Source: Candidatus Altimarinota bacterium (GTDB lineage Bacteria; Patescibacteriota; Gracilibacteria; UBA1369). Taken from it: a DNA stretch of 64,000 bases. Positions 50,583 through 61,288 of the stretch are shown piece by piece (the stretch's first letter is position 1; every line of letters starts with the position of its first letter). The DNA lies in assembly GCA_963677745.1 (NCBI GenBank), contig OY782391.1, positions 416,001-480,000 of the forward strand, in the 5' to 3' direction. The translations under genes and the position numbers were made by a program. A model generated the notes under the pieces. It did not search any database. It had not been told where the DNA came from and worked only from the letters and a program-made list of their open reading frames with translations.

Positions 50583-51452
50583 TTATCTGTCCCAATCTTG
50601 GCGGACCTTGACTTTGACCAGCTTCATCTTTTTAACCTTTTTCTTCCTCCAGACCAATATTCCTAACGGAAAGGGTGCAATAGTCAGTAAGATGATTGCC
50701 AGCCAGACCAAAAGAGCATCCTGACAACTAACTGTGATCTGATAACCGCCAAATGTATAAATCCTGCAAACTGCCCCCTCCGCCCCCAGCCGTCTGCCGG
50801 GAGCAGCCGGCCTGAACAGATTCACCTCGCTGCAGGTCAGATCCTCACAAATTTCCGGTGCCACCGCCTTCAGAATTTCAGCCCCTACCTGCTGACCAAC
50901 AGCCTGCACCTGTTGGACAATCTGTTGCTGTTGCTGTTCCGTCAATTGGGAAACCGGAGCCGGCTCTTCTATTTCTGTAACCGGTTCGACCGGAGTGGCA
51001 GGCTCCTTGATGTCGGGCAATTTAAAAGGCTTCTTGACGGGAGGTTTTTCTACAACCTCGGGAACAGTTGGCCCTTCGGGACAATCACCCGTTAACGAAC
51101 AGGCCGGAGTTCCCCAGTTTATCGATCCGCTGCCACCGCCACCGCCCCCACCGGCTGGCGGTGGAGGTGGCGGTGGTGTGACAGTACCGCCACAAGCACT
51201 TAATACGGCAAAATCCCCGGTACACTCGGTATAACCGGGGCTGGCATTTACACCTCCGTAATAGTCAATGCTGTCATTAAGTTTGTAACCGCTGGAGCTA
51301 CTGATATTGGCTTCAGGATTAACAAAATCAACCGCCTTATAGCTGGCGGAGCTGCTCTGGGCGTTAGCCAAGGCTAAACTCGCCAGAAATATGGCTGCCG
51401 CAAGGGAAATTCTAAACATTTCCAGTCCCAATTGTCTTATGTTAATTTTCAC
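50583..51452 (-). CDS. Secreted/surface protein with Pro/Gly-rich linker and C-terminal membrane anchor (start may be ATG 51419)
   Basis: Signal peptide ending ANA; PPPPPPPAGGGGGGG; paired Cys; TM LLVWLAIILLTIAPFPLGILVW followed by a basic tail. Confidence 0.75.
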   Translation of the reverse strand: MKINIRQLGLEMFRISLAAAIFLASLALANAQSSSASYKAVDFVNPEANISSSSGYKLNDSIDYYGGVNASPGYTECTGDFAVLSACGGTVTPPPPPPPAGGGGGGGSGSINWGTPACSLTGDCPEGPTVPEVVEKPPVKKPFKLPDIKEPATPVEPVTEIEEPAPVSQLTEQQQQQIVQQVQAVGQQVGAEILKAVAPEICEDLTCSEVNLFRPAAPGRRLGAEGAVCRIYTFGGYQITVSCQDALLVWLAIILLTIAPFPLGILVWRKKKVKKMKLVKVKVRQDWDR

Positions 51453-51518
51453 TACAGCTGTTAAATCTCTAAATTATAACACAAAAAGCCCCTCCTGCAT
51501 ATACCCGGAAGCTGTTTC

Positions 51519-51546
51519 TTGACTTCTCAATAACAAAACTTATAAT
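51519..51546 (+). promoter_or_regulatory. fusA promoter
   Basis: TTGACT-N16-TATAAT. Confidence 0.65.
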
Positions 51547-51588
51547 GGCCGCGACTTTTTAAATTTCTAACCTTTTTTCCAAGTTATC

Positions 51589-53673
51589 ATGTCGAACTTT
51601 GACCTCAGCAAGCTCCGTAATTTTGGTATCATTGCACATATTGATGCCGGTAAAACAACTGTTTCCGAAAGAATCCTCTACTACACCGGAAGATCCTACA
51701 AAATCGGTGAAGTGCACGAAGGTGCCGCCACCATGGACTGGATGGAACAGGAAAGAGAAAGAGGTATTACCATTACCTCCGCGGCCACAACCTGCCACTG
51801 GAAAGATTATCGTTTTAATCTGATTGACACCCCAGGCCACGTGGACTTCACGGCCGAAGTCGAACGCTCCATGCGCGTACTGGATGGTGGAGTAGTGGTT
51901 TTTGATTCATCCCAGGGCGTTGAACCCCAATCTGAAACAGTCTGGAGACAGGCTGATAAATACGGCGTTCCCCGTATCGCTTATGCCAACAAACTGGATA
52001 AAATCGGCGGTGATTTTGTCATGACCATCAATACCATCTGGCAGAGACTTTCCAAAGACGCCGTAGCAATTCAGTTACCGGTAGGCATCGAAGGAGATTT
52101 TCACGCCATCATCGATCTGATTGAAGAAAAATGTTATGAATTCCACGGGAAACTGGGAGAAGACGTGGTGGAAGTCCCGATTCCGGAAAACATGATGGCT
52201 CTGGTAGCCGAATATCGAAATACATTAATCGAGAAAGTGTCCGAAACCGACGACGCACTGATGGAAAAATATCTGAAGGGTGAAATCCCTACAGTACCTG
52301 AAATTAAAGCTGCACTTCGCAGTGCCGTACTGGCAACCAAGCTCTTCCCGGTCATGTGCGGATCAGCTTTAAGCAACAAAGGCATTCAGCTGGTGTTGGA
52401 TGCAGTCATTGAGTACCTTCCTTCCCCCGTTGATATCGGCGTAGTCAAAGGAACCAATCCCGATACCGGCCTGGAGGAAAGCCGCCGTCTGGTCGACGAC
52501 GAACCATTTTCCGCCCTGGTATTCAAAATCGCCACCGACCCTTATGTCGGGAAACTGGCTTATTTCCGGGTATATTCCGGAAAGCTGGAAGCCGGCAGTT
52601 ATACTACTAATATGAACAACGGCCGCAAGGAAAGAATCGGCCGCATCCTGCGCATGCACGCCAATCAGAGAGAAGAGATCAAAGAAGTACACGCCGGAGA
52701 CATTGCCGCGCTGGTAGGTCTGAAAGAAAGTATGACCGGCAACACACTGGCTGATGAAAACCGCCCGATTATTCTGGAATCCATTGATTTCCCGGAACCG
52801 GTTATCAAGATCGCCATTGAACCTAAAACCAAGGCTGACCAGGAAAAGATGGGCATGGCCCTGCATAAACTGGCCGAAGAAGATCCGACTTTCCGCGTTT
52901 CCACCGATGAGGAAACCAGCCAGACTCTGATCGAAGGTATGGGAGAACTTCATCTGGAAATCATCGTTGACCGTATGCGCCGCGAATTCAAGGTTGAGGC
53001 CAACGTCGGCCAACCGCAGGTTGCCTACCGCGAAACCATCACCCAGGCCGTCAAAGCCGAGGAAAAATACGCCAAACAAACCGGTGGCCGCGGTCAGTAT
53101 GGTCACGTACTGATCAACCTGTCCCCCAACGAATCCGGTAAAGGATACGAATTCGTCAACGCCATCGTCGGCGGTAAAATCCCCCGTGAATTTATTCCGG
53201 CCGTTGATAAAGGTATTCAGGAAGCCCTGACCCGTGGCATCCAGGCCGGATTCCCGGTTGTGGACGTGAAAGTGGAGCTCTATGATGGTTCCTACCATGA
53301 CGTGGACTCCAATGAGCTGGCCTTTAAGATTGCCGGTTCCATGGCCTTCCAGAAAGGCTGCCGCTCCGCCACCCCCATTATTCTCGAACCAATTATGAAA
53401 GTAGAAGTTACCACCCCCGATGAATATTTCGGTGATGTTATGGGTAATCTTTCCTCACGCCGCGGGCAGATTTATGAAACCAGCAACCGCGGTATGGCCA
53501 AGGTGATTGCCGCCTATGTCCCGCTTTCGGAAATGTTCGGTTATGCCACCGATCTCCGTTCCATCTCTCAGGGACGCGCTGCCTATGCCATGGAATTCAA
53601 CCGTTACGAAAGAGTCCCCAACAATGTTGCCGAAAAAATTATCGCCGAAAGAGCCAAAGGAAAAGCCTCATAA
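51589..53673 (+). CDS. fusA: Elongation factor G
   Basis: [33 protein letters not shown]. Confidence 0.99.
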   Translation: MSNFDLSKLRNFGIIAHIDAGKTTVSERILYYTGRSYKIGEVHEGAATMDWMEQERERGITITSAATTCHWKDYRFNLIDTPGHVDFTAEVERSMRVLDGGVVVFDSSQGVEPQSETVWRQADKYGVPRIAYANKLDKIGGDFVMTINTIWQRLSKDAVAIQLPVGIEGDFHAIIDLIEEKCYEFHGKLGEDVVEVPIPENMMALVAEYRNTLIEKVSETDDALMEKYLKGEIPTVPEIKAALRSAVLATKLFPVMCGSALSNKGIQLVLDAVIEYLPSPVDIGVVKGTNPDTGLEESRRLVDDEPFSALVFKIATDPYVGKLAYFRVYSGKLEAGSYTTNMNNGRKERIGRILRMHANQREEIKEVHAGDIAALVGLKESMTGNTLADENRPIILESIDFPEPVIKIAIEPKTKADQEKMGMALHKLAEEDPTFRVSTDEETSQTLIEGMGELHLEIIVDRMRREFKVEANVGQPQVAYRETITQAVKAEEKYAKQTGGRGQYGHVLINLSPNESGKGYEFVNAIVGGKIPREFIPAVDKGIQEALTRGIQAGFPVVDVKVELYDGSYHDVDSNELAFKIAGSMAFQKGCRSATPIILEPIMKVEVTTPDEYFGDVMGNLSSRRGQIYETSNRGMAKVIAAYVPLSEMFGYATDLRSISQGRAAYAMEFNRYERVPNNVAEKIIAERAKGKAS

Positions 53674-53679
53674 AAAATA

Positions 53680-53708
53680 TTGCAATCAAAAATCTTTTCG
53701 GTTAATAT
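53680..53708 (+). promoter_or_regulatory. tuf promoter
   Basis: TTGCAA-N17-TAATAT. Confidence 0.5.
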
Positions 53709-53759
53709 CACGGGGCACTTGTCCCAAAAGACAATTTATTAATCTAACTCTCTAACCCT

Positions 53760-54947
53760 ATGACTGAAGTTTTTCAAAGAAATAAGACGCACGTCAACGT
53801 AGGTACAATCGGCCACGTAGACCACGGTAAGACTACTCTGACTGCCGCTATCACCTTCTACTGTGCTGAAAAGGGTATGGCCAAAGCAAAGAAATACGAT
53901 GAAATCGACAACGCTCCGGAAGAAAAGGCCAGAGGTATTACTATCAATACCAACCATTCCGAGTACGAAACTGACAAGAGACACTACGCTCACGTGGACT
54001 GCCCCGGTCATGCCGACTATGTAAAGAACATGATTACCGGTGCCGCTCAGATGGACGGTGCAATTCTCGTTTGTTCCGCTGCCGACGGACCGATGCCTCA
54101 GACCCGCGAACACATTCTTTTGGCCAAGCAGGTAAATGTCCCCTATATAGTAGTGTTCCTGAACAAGATGGACATGGCCGATCCTGAGATTGCCGATCTT
54201 TCCGAGATGGAAGTACGCGACCTTCTGACCAAATACGGTTACGACGGTGCCAAGACTCCGATCATCCGCGGTTCCGCTCTCAAAGCTCTGGAAAATCCAA
54301 AAGACCCTGCTGCCACCAAATGCATCCAGGACCTGCTCGACGCTCTCGACACCTGGATTCCCGACCCTGTCCGTGAACTCGACAAACCTTTCATGATGGC
54401 TATTGAAGATGTCTTCTCCATCAAAGGCCGTGGAACTGTAGTTACAGGAAGAATTGAAACAGGCATTATCAAAGTAAATGAAGAAGTTGAAATTATCGGT
54501 TATCGTGAGACCAGAAAGACAGTTGTAACTGGCGTTGAAATGTTCAAGAAACTGCTTGATCAGGGTCAGGCCGGTGACAACGTTGGTCTGCTGCTCCGCG
54601 GTATTGAAAAAGACGACGTGGAAAGAGGCATGGTTTTGGCCAAGCCCGGATCCATTACTCCTCATACCAGTTTTGAAGCTCAGGTTTACGTACTGACCAA
54701 GGAAGAAGGCGGCAGACACACTCCATTCTTCAAGGGATATAAACCACAGTTCTATATCCGCACCACCGATGTGACCGGTTCAGTTGAACTTCCGGCCGGC
54801 GTAGAAATGGTTATGCCCGGTGACAACGACATCAAGATGACTATTACTCTGTCCGTCCCCGTAGCTATCAATGACGGTCTGCGCTTTGCCATCCGTGAAG
54901 GCGGCAGAACAGTCGGTGCAGGTGTTGTAACCAAGATTCTTAAATAA
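53760..54947 (+). CDS. tuf: Elongation factor Tu
   Basis: [34 protein letters not shown]. Confidence 0.99.
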   Translation: MTEVFQRNKTHVNVGTIGHVDHGKTTLTAAITFYCAEKGMAKAKKYDEIDNAPEEKARGITINTNHSEYETDKRHYAHVDCPGHADYVKNMITGAAQMDGAILVCSAADGPMPQTREHILLAKQVNVPYIVVFLNKMDMADPEIADLSEMEVRDLLTKYGYDGAKTPIIRGSALKALENPKDPAATKCIQDLLDALDTWIPDPVRELDKPFMMAIEDVFSIKGRGTVVTGRIETGIIKVNEEVEIIGYRETRKTVVTGVEMFKKLLDQGQAGDNVGLLLRGIEKDDVERGMVLAKPGSITPHTSFEAQVYVLTKEEGGRHTPFFKGYKPQFYIRTTDVTGSVELPAGVEMVMPGDNDIKMTITLSVPVAINDGLRFAIREGGRTVGAGVVTKILK

Positions 54948-55006
54948 CCACGCACGAAGCGAATGCGTCCCCCCTCTCCATCCCCCATAATCAATCAAAG
55001 TAAGCA

Positions 55007-55336
55007 ATGGCAACTTCAAAGCAGAAAATCAGAATCAAAATTCAGGCCTACGATCACAAAATCGTTGACGATTCCTCCCGCCTGATCATCGACACGGCAG
55101 AAAGAACCGGTGCCATCGTGGCCGGACCAATCCCCTTGCCTACCAAAATTGAAAAGATCACCGTGAACAGGTCAACTTTTGTTCACAAGAATGCCCGCGA
55201 TCAGTTTGAAATCAGAACCCATAAAAGATTAATTGACATCACCGAATGTACTCCCAAGACGGTAGACTCTCTCACCAATCTGAGTCTGCCGGCCGGAGTA
55301 GACATAGAAATTAGAATGCTCCAGAACGCAGAGTAA
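55007..55336 (+). CDS. rpsJ: 30S ribosomal protein S10
   Basis: [29 protein letters not shown]. Confidence 0.98.
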   Translation: MATSKQKIRIKIQAYDHKIVDDSSRLIIDTAERTGAIVAGPIPLPTKIEKITVNRSTFVHKNARDQFEIRTHKRLIDITECTPKTVDSLTNLSLPAGVDIEIRMLQNAE

Positions 55337-55355
55337 AATCTACAATCTGACTCTA

Positions 55356-55450
55356 ATTTTATGTTACCAGGACTGCGGGTTTCCCCAAATCTTCAGTCCA
55401 AATCTCTGCCCACCAAGCTTTAATCAGGGCAAAGAAGTAACCTCTAAAAT
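55356..55450 (+). ncRNA. Candidate three-way-junction cis-regulatory RNA before rplC
   Basis: ATTTTA/TAAAAT + GTTAC/GTAAC closing stem; GGACTG/CAGTCC arm; TCTCTGCCC/GGGCAAAGA arm. Confidence 0.55.
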
Positions 55451-55453
55451 AAT

Positions 55454-56038
55454 ATGAAAGGAATACTAGGGAAAAAACTAGGAATGACAAGGGTTGTACG
55501 CGAAGACGGCAATTATGTGCCTGTCACCATCGTACAATGTGCCCCCAACACCATCCATCAGCTCAAAACCACCGAGAAAGACGGCTACAATGCCGTGGTT
55601 TTGGGTTTTGAACCAAGAAGAAACCCCACCAAAACCAAGAAATTCTACTATCTCAAAGAGGTCAGGGAAGATTCTCTGGATCAACTGGAAAAAGGAAAGA
55701 CCGTTGATATTGCCGCTGTTTTTGTGCAGGGTGACAAGGTCGCTGTAACCGGAACCACCAAAGGTAAGGGTTTCCAGGGTGTAATGAAAATGTGGAACTA
55801 TCATGGCGGTCCCGGAGGTCACGGCTCACATTTTAAGAGAGAACCGGGATCTGTAGGTTCACGCGCCAAACCGGGAAAAATCCACAAAGGTCATAAAATG
55901 GCCACTCATATGGGCAGCGATACTCAGACCCTCAAATCGGAGGTTGCCTATATCGACACCGAAAATCACTTGCTCGGAATCAAAGGCCCGGTACCCGGTT
56001 CCATCAATTCGTACGTAACCATTAAGAAACTCTCCTAA
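55454..56038 (+). CDS. rplC: 50S ribosomal protein L3
   Basis: GKKLGMT, DGYNAV, KGKGFQG, KGPVPG. Confidence 0.97.
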   Translation: MKGILGKKLGMTRVVREDGNYVPVTIVQCAPNTIHQLKTTEKDGYNAVVLGFEPRRNPTKTKKFYYLKEVREDSLDQLEKGKTVDIAAVFVQGDKVAVTGTTKGKGFQGVMKMWNYHGGPGGHGSHFKREPGSVGSRAKPGKIHKGHKMATHMGSDTQTLKSEVAYIDTENHLLGIKGPVPGSINSYVTIKKLS

Positions 56039-56043
56039 ACATC

Positions 56044-56682
56044 ATGGCAAAGATTACTATATACAATCAGGAAGGTCAGCAGGTTCATGAAGTAGATGCT
56101 CCGGCAGCCATCTTTGATGTCAAATTCAACAAAGACCTGGTACAACAGGCACTGATCCGACAATTATCCAACCGCCGTCTGGGCATGATTGCCCATACCA
56201 AGACCAAAGGAGAAGTCGCTATCGGTCAGAAAAAGCCCTTCCGTCAAAAAGGAACCGGCAACGCCAGACAGGGTGCCACCAACAACCCCCATCAGATTGG
56301 CGGAGGCGTATCAATGGGCCCCCGCAACAACCGCAACTTCAAACGGGACATGCCTAAGAAGCAAAGAAGATTAGCCCTTTTCTCCGCTCTTTCCGAAAAA
56401 CTGAGAGAGAAAAAAGTGATCGGTCTGGATAAATATGACGGGGCCGAAATCAAAACCAAGCTTCTGGCCACCGCCATCGGGAAATTACCGGTGGAAAAGG
56501 ATCTGCTGCTTGTGATGCCCGCCAAAAATGAAGTATTGGTAAAATCCGCCAACAATCTTCCCCACGTTAAAACCATCCTGGTCAATTATCTGAATATTGC
56601 CGACCTCCAGAAATACGATACTGTCGTTTTCCTGGAAGAAGCCATTGGAAAGATGGAAAAGATTTTTCTATCCGCCAAATAA
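56044..56682 (+). CDS. rplD: 50S ribosomal protein L4
   Basis: KPFRQKGTGNARQG; S10 operon synteny. Confidence 0.97.
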   Translation: MAKITIYNQEGQQVHEVDAPAAIFDVKFNKDLVQQALIRQLSNRRLGMIAHTKTKGEVAIGQKKPFRQKGTGNARQGATNNPHQIGGGVSMGPRNNRNFKRDMPKKQRRLALFSALSEKLREKKVIGLDKYDGAEIKTKLLATAIGKLPVEKDLLLVMPAKNEVLVKSANNLPHVKTILVNYLNIADLQKYDTVVFLEEAIGKMEKIFLSAK

Positions 56683-56695
56683 CTCATCTTAAAAA

Positions 56696-57100
56696 ATGCA
56701 CGCACTTAACATCATCAGAAAACCAGTCGTCACTGAAAAAACCGCCATCCTGGAGGAAAAAAGAATTTACACTTTTTGGGTCAGCCCCAAATCCACCAAG
56801 ATCGACGTTAAAAAAGCTTTTCAGGAACTCTATGGAGCCGAAGTAGCAGCAGTACGCATAGTAAAAACCAGCGAGAAGATGCGCAAACTGCGCAAAGGCG
56901 TCTACAACAAGAGAAAAGAATCTCAGAAAGCCTATATCACGCTCAAGGGTAAAACCAAGCTAGACCTGAACAGATTCGGAAAAGCGGAAAAAGAAAATAA
57001 GGTCAAGCTGGCCGTTTCCAAGTCCGCCGATAAAACCGAAAAGGCCGCCAAGGCCCCCAAAGCAACCAAGAAAACCGACAAACTTCCCAAGTCAAAATAG
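56696..57100 (+). CDS. rplW: 50S ribosomal protein L23 with K/A-rich C-terminal tail
   Basis: PVVTEK, TKIDVK, KAYITL. Confidence 0.95.
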   Translation: MHALNIIRKPVVTEKTAILEEKRIYTFWVSPKSTKIDVKKAFQELYGAEVAAVRIVKTSEKMRKLRKGVYNKRKESQKAYITLKGKTKLDLNRFGKAEKENKVKLAVSKSADKTEKAAKAPKATKKTDKLPKSK

Positions 57101-57124
57101 TAATAGTTCTTAATCACTACGACC

Positions 57125-57973
57125 GTGCCAGTAAAAAAGTTCAAAGCCACAACACCAGGTAGAAGACACATGAGTGTTCTGGACTACTCAATCATCACCC
57201 GTCGCAAACCGGAAAAAAGCCTGACCACAGGCAAAATGAGCCAAGCCGGCAGAAACAACCAGGGCAAAATTACCGTGCGCCATCAGGGCAGCGGCCATAA
57301 GCAACTGCTTCGTCTGGTGGATTTCCGTCAAACCGACAAAATCGGTATCCCCGGCAAAGTTACCAGCATCGAATATGATCCAAACCGGACCGCTTTGATA
57401 ATTCTGGTCACTTATGCCGACGGCGACAAACGCTATCATCTGGCTCCGGAAGGCATTAAGGTCGGAGATCCCGTTATCACCAAGGAAAAAGCCAAGATTG
57501 TTCCCGGAAACCGCATGATGCTCAAGTATGTTCCCACCGGTTATAATGTTTTCAATATTGAACTGGAGAGAGGTAAGGGCGGCCAGATCGTAAGAAGCGC
57601 CGGAGCCCGCGCCAATCTGATCGCAGTTGAAAAAGACCTGGCCCAGTTACAGCTGCCTTCCGGTGAAATCCGCACCGTCCACAAAAACTGCTACGCCACC
57701 GTCGGAATCGTCAGCAATATCGACCACAGCCTGGTGAAAATCGGAAAAGCCGGCCGCAACCGCTGGTTGGGCATACGTCCGTCCGTCCGTGGTAAAGCCA
57801 TGAATCCGGTTGACCATCCGCATGGTGGAGGTGAAGGAAACCAGCCTTGCGGTCTCCCCCATCCCAAAACCCCCTGGGGCTATGCCGCTCTCGGCGTCAA
57901 AACCCGCAAACGCAAGAAGTTCAGCAACAACGCCATCGTCACCCGACGCCATGGCAATAAATTAATGAAATAA
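57125..57973 (+). CDS. rplB: 50S ribosomal protein L2
   Basis: GRNNQGKIT, EYDPNR, AMNPVDHPHGGGEG. Confidence 0.98.
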   Translation: MPVKKFKATTPGRRHMSVLDYSIITRRKPEKSLTTGKMSQAGRNNQGKITVRHQGSGHKQLLRLVDFRQTDKIGIPGKVTSIEYDPNRTALIILVTYADGDKRYHLAPEGIKVGDPVITKEKAKIVPGNRMMLKYVPTGYNVFNIELERGKGGQIVRSAGARANLIAVEKDLAQLQLPSGEIRTVHKNCYATVGIVSNIDHSLVKIGKAGRNRWLGIRPSVRGKAMNPVDHPHGGGEGNQPCGLPHPKTPWGYAALGVKTRKRKKFSNNAIVTRRHGNKLMK

Positions 57974-58004
57974 ATTAACTATCGTTAACTAATCAAACTG
58001 CCAT

Positions 58005-58349
58005 ATGTCCAGAAGTTCAAAGAAAGGACCGTACGTAGACCCAAAACTGCTCAAGAAAGTCAATATTCTCAATGAGACAGGACAAAAGAAGGTTATCAAA
58101 ACCTGGGCCAGAGACAGTGCAATTTCCCCTGAATTTGTCGGCCACACACTGGCCGTACACAACGGGAAACAGCATGTGCCGCTTTATATCACGGAAGAAA
58201 TGGTCGGCCAAAAACTCGGAGCATTTGTTCACACCAGAAAATTCAAGGGACACGGTGGCAAATTGGCCGCCCTGACCGGAGCAGGCAGTGGATCCGTATC
58301 GTCAGCTACAGCACCAGCGGCAGCCGCACCATCTACACCAGCCAAATAA
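58005..58349 (+). CDS. rpsS: 30S ribosomal protein S19 with A/S/P-rich tail
   Basis: [21 protein letters not shown]. Confidence 0.97.
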   Translation: MSRSSKKGPYVDPKLLKKVNILNETGQKKVIKTWARDSAISPEFVGHTLAVHNGKQHVPLYITEEMVGQKLGAFVHTRKFKGHGGKLAALTGAGSGSVSSATAPAAAAPSTPAK

Positions 58350-58374
58350 ACATTCATCCTATTAAGCAAAAGCA

Positions 58375-58839
58375 ATGAAAGCAATTCTCAGATCAATAAG
58401 AATCACCCCCAAGAAAGCCAACCTGATCGCCGGCATGGTACGCAACAAGCCGACCCAGGAAGCCCTCACTATTTTGAAATATACTCCCAAAAAGGCTGCC
58501 AAACTCCTGCATAAACTGCTGGCCAGCGCCGTAGCGAACGCCGTCAATAATTTCAAACAGGATGAAGCCGGTCTGCTGGTCAAGGAGATTGTAGTGACCA
58601 AAGGCCCCACTTTCAAACGAGGCGTACCGGTCTCCCGCGGCCGTGTTTACCCTATCTTAAAGCGAACTTCCAACATTACCGTTATTCTGGAGATCAATCC
58701 TGACGCCGCCTCCCCCAAGACTTCCAAAAAAGCCGCCGCCGGAAAATCTGTCAAAAAAAGCGAGCCGGCCGCCGAAGTCAAAACCGACAAGAAAGAGTCC
58801 GGGAAGACTAAAAAAGCCGCTAAATCAACTGCTAAATAA
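58375..58839 (+). CDS. rplV: 50S ribosomal protein L22 with K/A-rich tail
   Basis: RITPKK, SAVANA, KRTSNITV. Confidence 0.96.
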   Translation: MKAILRSIRITPKKANLIAGMVRNKPTQEALTILKYTPKKAAKLLHKLLASAVANAVNNFKQDEAGLLVKEIVVTKGPTFKRGVPVSRGRVYPILKRTSNITVILEINPDAASPKTSKKAAAGKSVKKSEPAAEVKTDKKESGKTKKAAKSTAK

Positions 58840-58873
58840 ATTGCCAACTAACTATTTATAATACTCTCCACTC

Positions 58874-59533
58874 ATGGGACAAAAAGTAAATCCAATCATT
58901 CAAAGAATCGGCATTATCAGAACTTGGGACTCCAAATGGTTTGCCCCCAAGAAAAAATTTGCCAAATACCTCCACCAAGACCTGCAGATTGAAAAAATCA
59001 TCAGCAAGGAATTGGTCGATTCAGGCGTGGGTAAAATCGAAATTCAGCGCAGCGCCAACAAATTCAACATCATCATCCACACCGCCAAGCCGGGAACTAT
59101 CATCGGCAAACAGGGTGCCAACGTGGATGTTCTGCGCGACAAACTGAAAAAGATTTTCAATGAAGATTTTGTCATCAGCATCCGTGAAATCAAGAAACCG
59201 GCCATGAGCGCCAAACTGCTGGCCGAAAGTATCGCCGCCCAGGTTGAGAAGAGAGTTTCTTATCGCCGCGCCTGCAAAATGGGTATAGAAAGAGCTCTCG
59301 AATCCGGCGCCAAAGGTGTGAAAATTGCCGTATCGGGCAGATTGAACGGAGTGGAAATTTCCCGCAGCGAGTTTTTCAGCCAGGGAAAAATACCTCTGCA
59401 TACTTTCAGAGCCAATATCGATTATGCCGTTTATCACGCCAAAACAGAATACGGTACCATCGGTGTCACCGTCTGGATTTACAAGGGAGACGTCTTCCTG
59501 AAAAAAGGTGAATATATCAGCACCGAGGAATAA
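58874..59533 (+). CDS. rpsC: 30S ribosomal protein S3
   Basis: MGQKVNP, KPGTIIGK, SGRLNG, PLHTFRANIDY. Confidence 0.98.
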   Translation: MGQKVNPIIQRIGIIRTWDSKWFAPKKKFAKYLHQDLQIEKIISKELVDSGVGKIEIQRSANKFNIIIHTAKPGTIIGKQGANVDVLRDKLKKIFNEDFVISIREIKKPAMSAKLLAESIAAQVEKRVSYRRACKMGIERALESGAKGVKIAVSGRLNGVEISRSEFFSQGKIPLHTFRANIDYAVYHAKTEYGTIGVTVWIYKGDVFLKKGEYISTEE

Positions 59534-59600
59534 TCATATTTCATTGACCTTAAACTAAATCAATAGTAAATTTCACAGGCCTTAATTAAATCAGAATAAT

Positions 59601-60020
59601 ATGTTCGGACCAAGAAAAACTAAATACAGGAAAACTCAGAGACTCAGAGGCGGCGAAGAAGGCATTGCTACCAAAGGGTTTCGCCCGGCCTTCGGAGCTC
59701 ACGCCCTCAAAGCGCTGACCGGATCGGAAATATCTGCACGACAAATCGAGGCGGCCCGCCGCGCCATGAGCAGATATATCAAACGCGGAGGAAAAATCTG
59801 GATCAGAATTTTCCCCCACAAGCCGATCACTCAGAAAGCCGCCGAAGTACCGATGGGTTCCGGAAAAGGCGCCCTGGACCATTATGTGGCCGTCGTCAAA
59901 AAGGGAACAATTCTCTTTGAGATGGATGGAGTCGACGACGCTACTGCCAAAGAAGCCATGAGACTGGCTGGACAAAAACTGCCGGTCAAATGTAAATACA
60001 TTAATGCTAACGAAATATAG
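59601..60020 (+). CDS. rplP: 50S ribosomal protein L16
   Basis: [20 protein letters not shown]. Confidence 0.98.
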   Translation: MFGPRKTKYRKTQRLRGGEEGIATKGFRPAFGAHALKALTGSEISARQIEAARRAMSRYIKRGGKIWIRIFPHKPITQKAAEVPMGSGKGALDHYVAVVKKGTILFEMDGVDDATAKEAMRLAGQKLPVKCKYINANEI

Positions 60021-60025
60021 TGAAT

Positions 60026-60226
60026 ATGATGACACTTGATGAAATCCGCAACATTTCGGCCGCCGAACTGGAAAAGGAAATTGCCAGTAAAAAGCAGGAA
60101 CTTTTAAAGCTGAAAATCCAGACCGGCTCCGGCCAGTCCAAGGAAACAGGCAAAATTTCCGAACTGCGCAAAACAATTGCCAGAATGCAAACCGTTAAAA
60201 AAGAACTTACCAAATCAGCCAATTAA
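60026..60226 (+). CDS. rpmC: 50S ribosomal protein L29
   Basis: [10 protein letters not shown]; position between rplP and rpsQ; ATG 60026 preferred. Confidence 0.93.
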   Translation: MMTLDEIRNISAAELEKEIASKKQELLKLKIQTGSGQSKETGKISELRKTIARMQTVKKELTKSAN

Positions 60227-60237
60227 TTCTCTCTAAT

Positions 60238-60474
60238 ATGGTCAGAAGTAAAAAAGGCACAGTAGTAAGTGATAAAATGGACAAAACCATCGTGGTGGTC
60301 GTCCACACTTACAAAATGCATCCCAAGTACAAGAAGAAATACCGGACTTCCAAGAAGTTCTATGCCGACGATCCAAACAAATCCTTCAAGATCGGCGATG
60401 AAGTCACTATCTACGAAACCAGACCACTCAGCAAACTGAAAAGATGGACTGTGGTAGAGCCAGCCAAGCAATAA
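60238..60474 (+). CDS. rpsQ: 30S ribosomal protein S17
   Basis: [24 protein letters not shown]. Confidence 0.97.
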   Translation: MVRSKKGTVVSDKMDKTIVVVVHTYKMHPKYKKKYRTSKKFYADDPNKSFKIGDEVTIYETRPLSKLKRWTVVEPAKQ

Positions 60475-60498
60475 CCAAGACAATTAAATTACCCAACT

Positions 60499-60867
60499 AT
60501 GATACAGTTAAGATCAATGGTCAATGTGGCCGACAACTCCGGCGCCAAACTGGCCCAATGCATAAAAGTCCTGGGCGGACATCACAGAAAATATGCCGGT
60601 ATCGGTGACATAGTAGTAGTAAGCATCAAGAGCGCCGCGCCAAAAGGTGCCGTCAAGACACATGCCGTGGAAAAAGGCGTAGTAATCCGCTGCCGCAAAG
60701 AAACCCGTCGCAAAGACGGCAGCTACATCCGTTTCGACGAAAACGCCATTGTGATCATCAACAAAGACAACGAGCCGAAGGGAACCCGTGTTTTTGGTCC
60801 GGTCGCCAGAGAATTGCGTGAGAAAGGTTTCCAGAAAATTATCTCCCTGGCACCCGAAGTATTATAA
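60499..60867 (+). CDS. rplN: 50S ribosomal protein L14
   Basis: [30 protein letters not shown]. Confidence 0.98.
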   Translation: MIQLRSMVNVADNSGAKLAQCIKVLGGHHRKYAGIGDIVVVSIKSAAPKGAVKTHAVEKGVVIRCRKETRRKDGSYIRFDENAIVIINKDNEPKGTRVFGPVARELREKGFQKIISLAPEVL

Positions 60868-60897
60868 CTCATTTCAGACGTCCTAAATTTTACAATT

Positions 60898-61251
60898 ATG
60901 AAATTAAAGGTTAACGATCAGGTAATGGTGATTGCCGGCAAAGACAAAGGAAAGAGCGGCAAAATCATCAAAATCAGCCACAAGAACAACAAGGTTACAG
61001 TGGAAAAACTGAACCTGCGCAAAAAACACATCAAGAAACGCCAGAATCAGCCGGGAGAAAAAATCACTTATGAAGCACCACTCTCCGCCTCCAACGTGAT
61101 GGTTATTGATCCCAAAACCGGCAAACCGACCAGAATCAAATATAAGAAACTGGCCAGCGGAAAAAAGGAAAGACTGTCCGCCAAAGGTGAAGTTTCCCTG
61201 GATAATCTCTCCGGAACCGTTGCCGCCAAGACCACCCGCAAAAAATCCTAA
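60898..61251 (+). CDS. rplX: 50S ribosomal protein L24
   Basis: VIAGKDKGKSG, EAPLSASNV. Confidence 0.97.
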   Translation: MKLKVNDQVMVIAGKDKGKSGKIIKISHKNNKVTVEKLNLRKKHIKKRQNQPGEKITYEAPLSASNVMVIDPKTGKPTRIKYKKLASGKKERLSAKGEVSLDNLSGTVAAKTTRKKS

Positions 61252-61288
61252 TACCCGCCCACCAAGTTAACAGACTAATTTGACCCAA

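Noticed and set aside
28122-54719. Long antisense ORFs opposite gap, dnaK, rpoB, rpoC, fusA and tuf
   Set aside because: Typical shadow ORFs caused by codon bias in conserved genes; no independent motifs.
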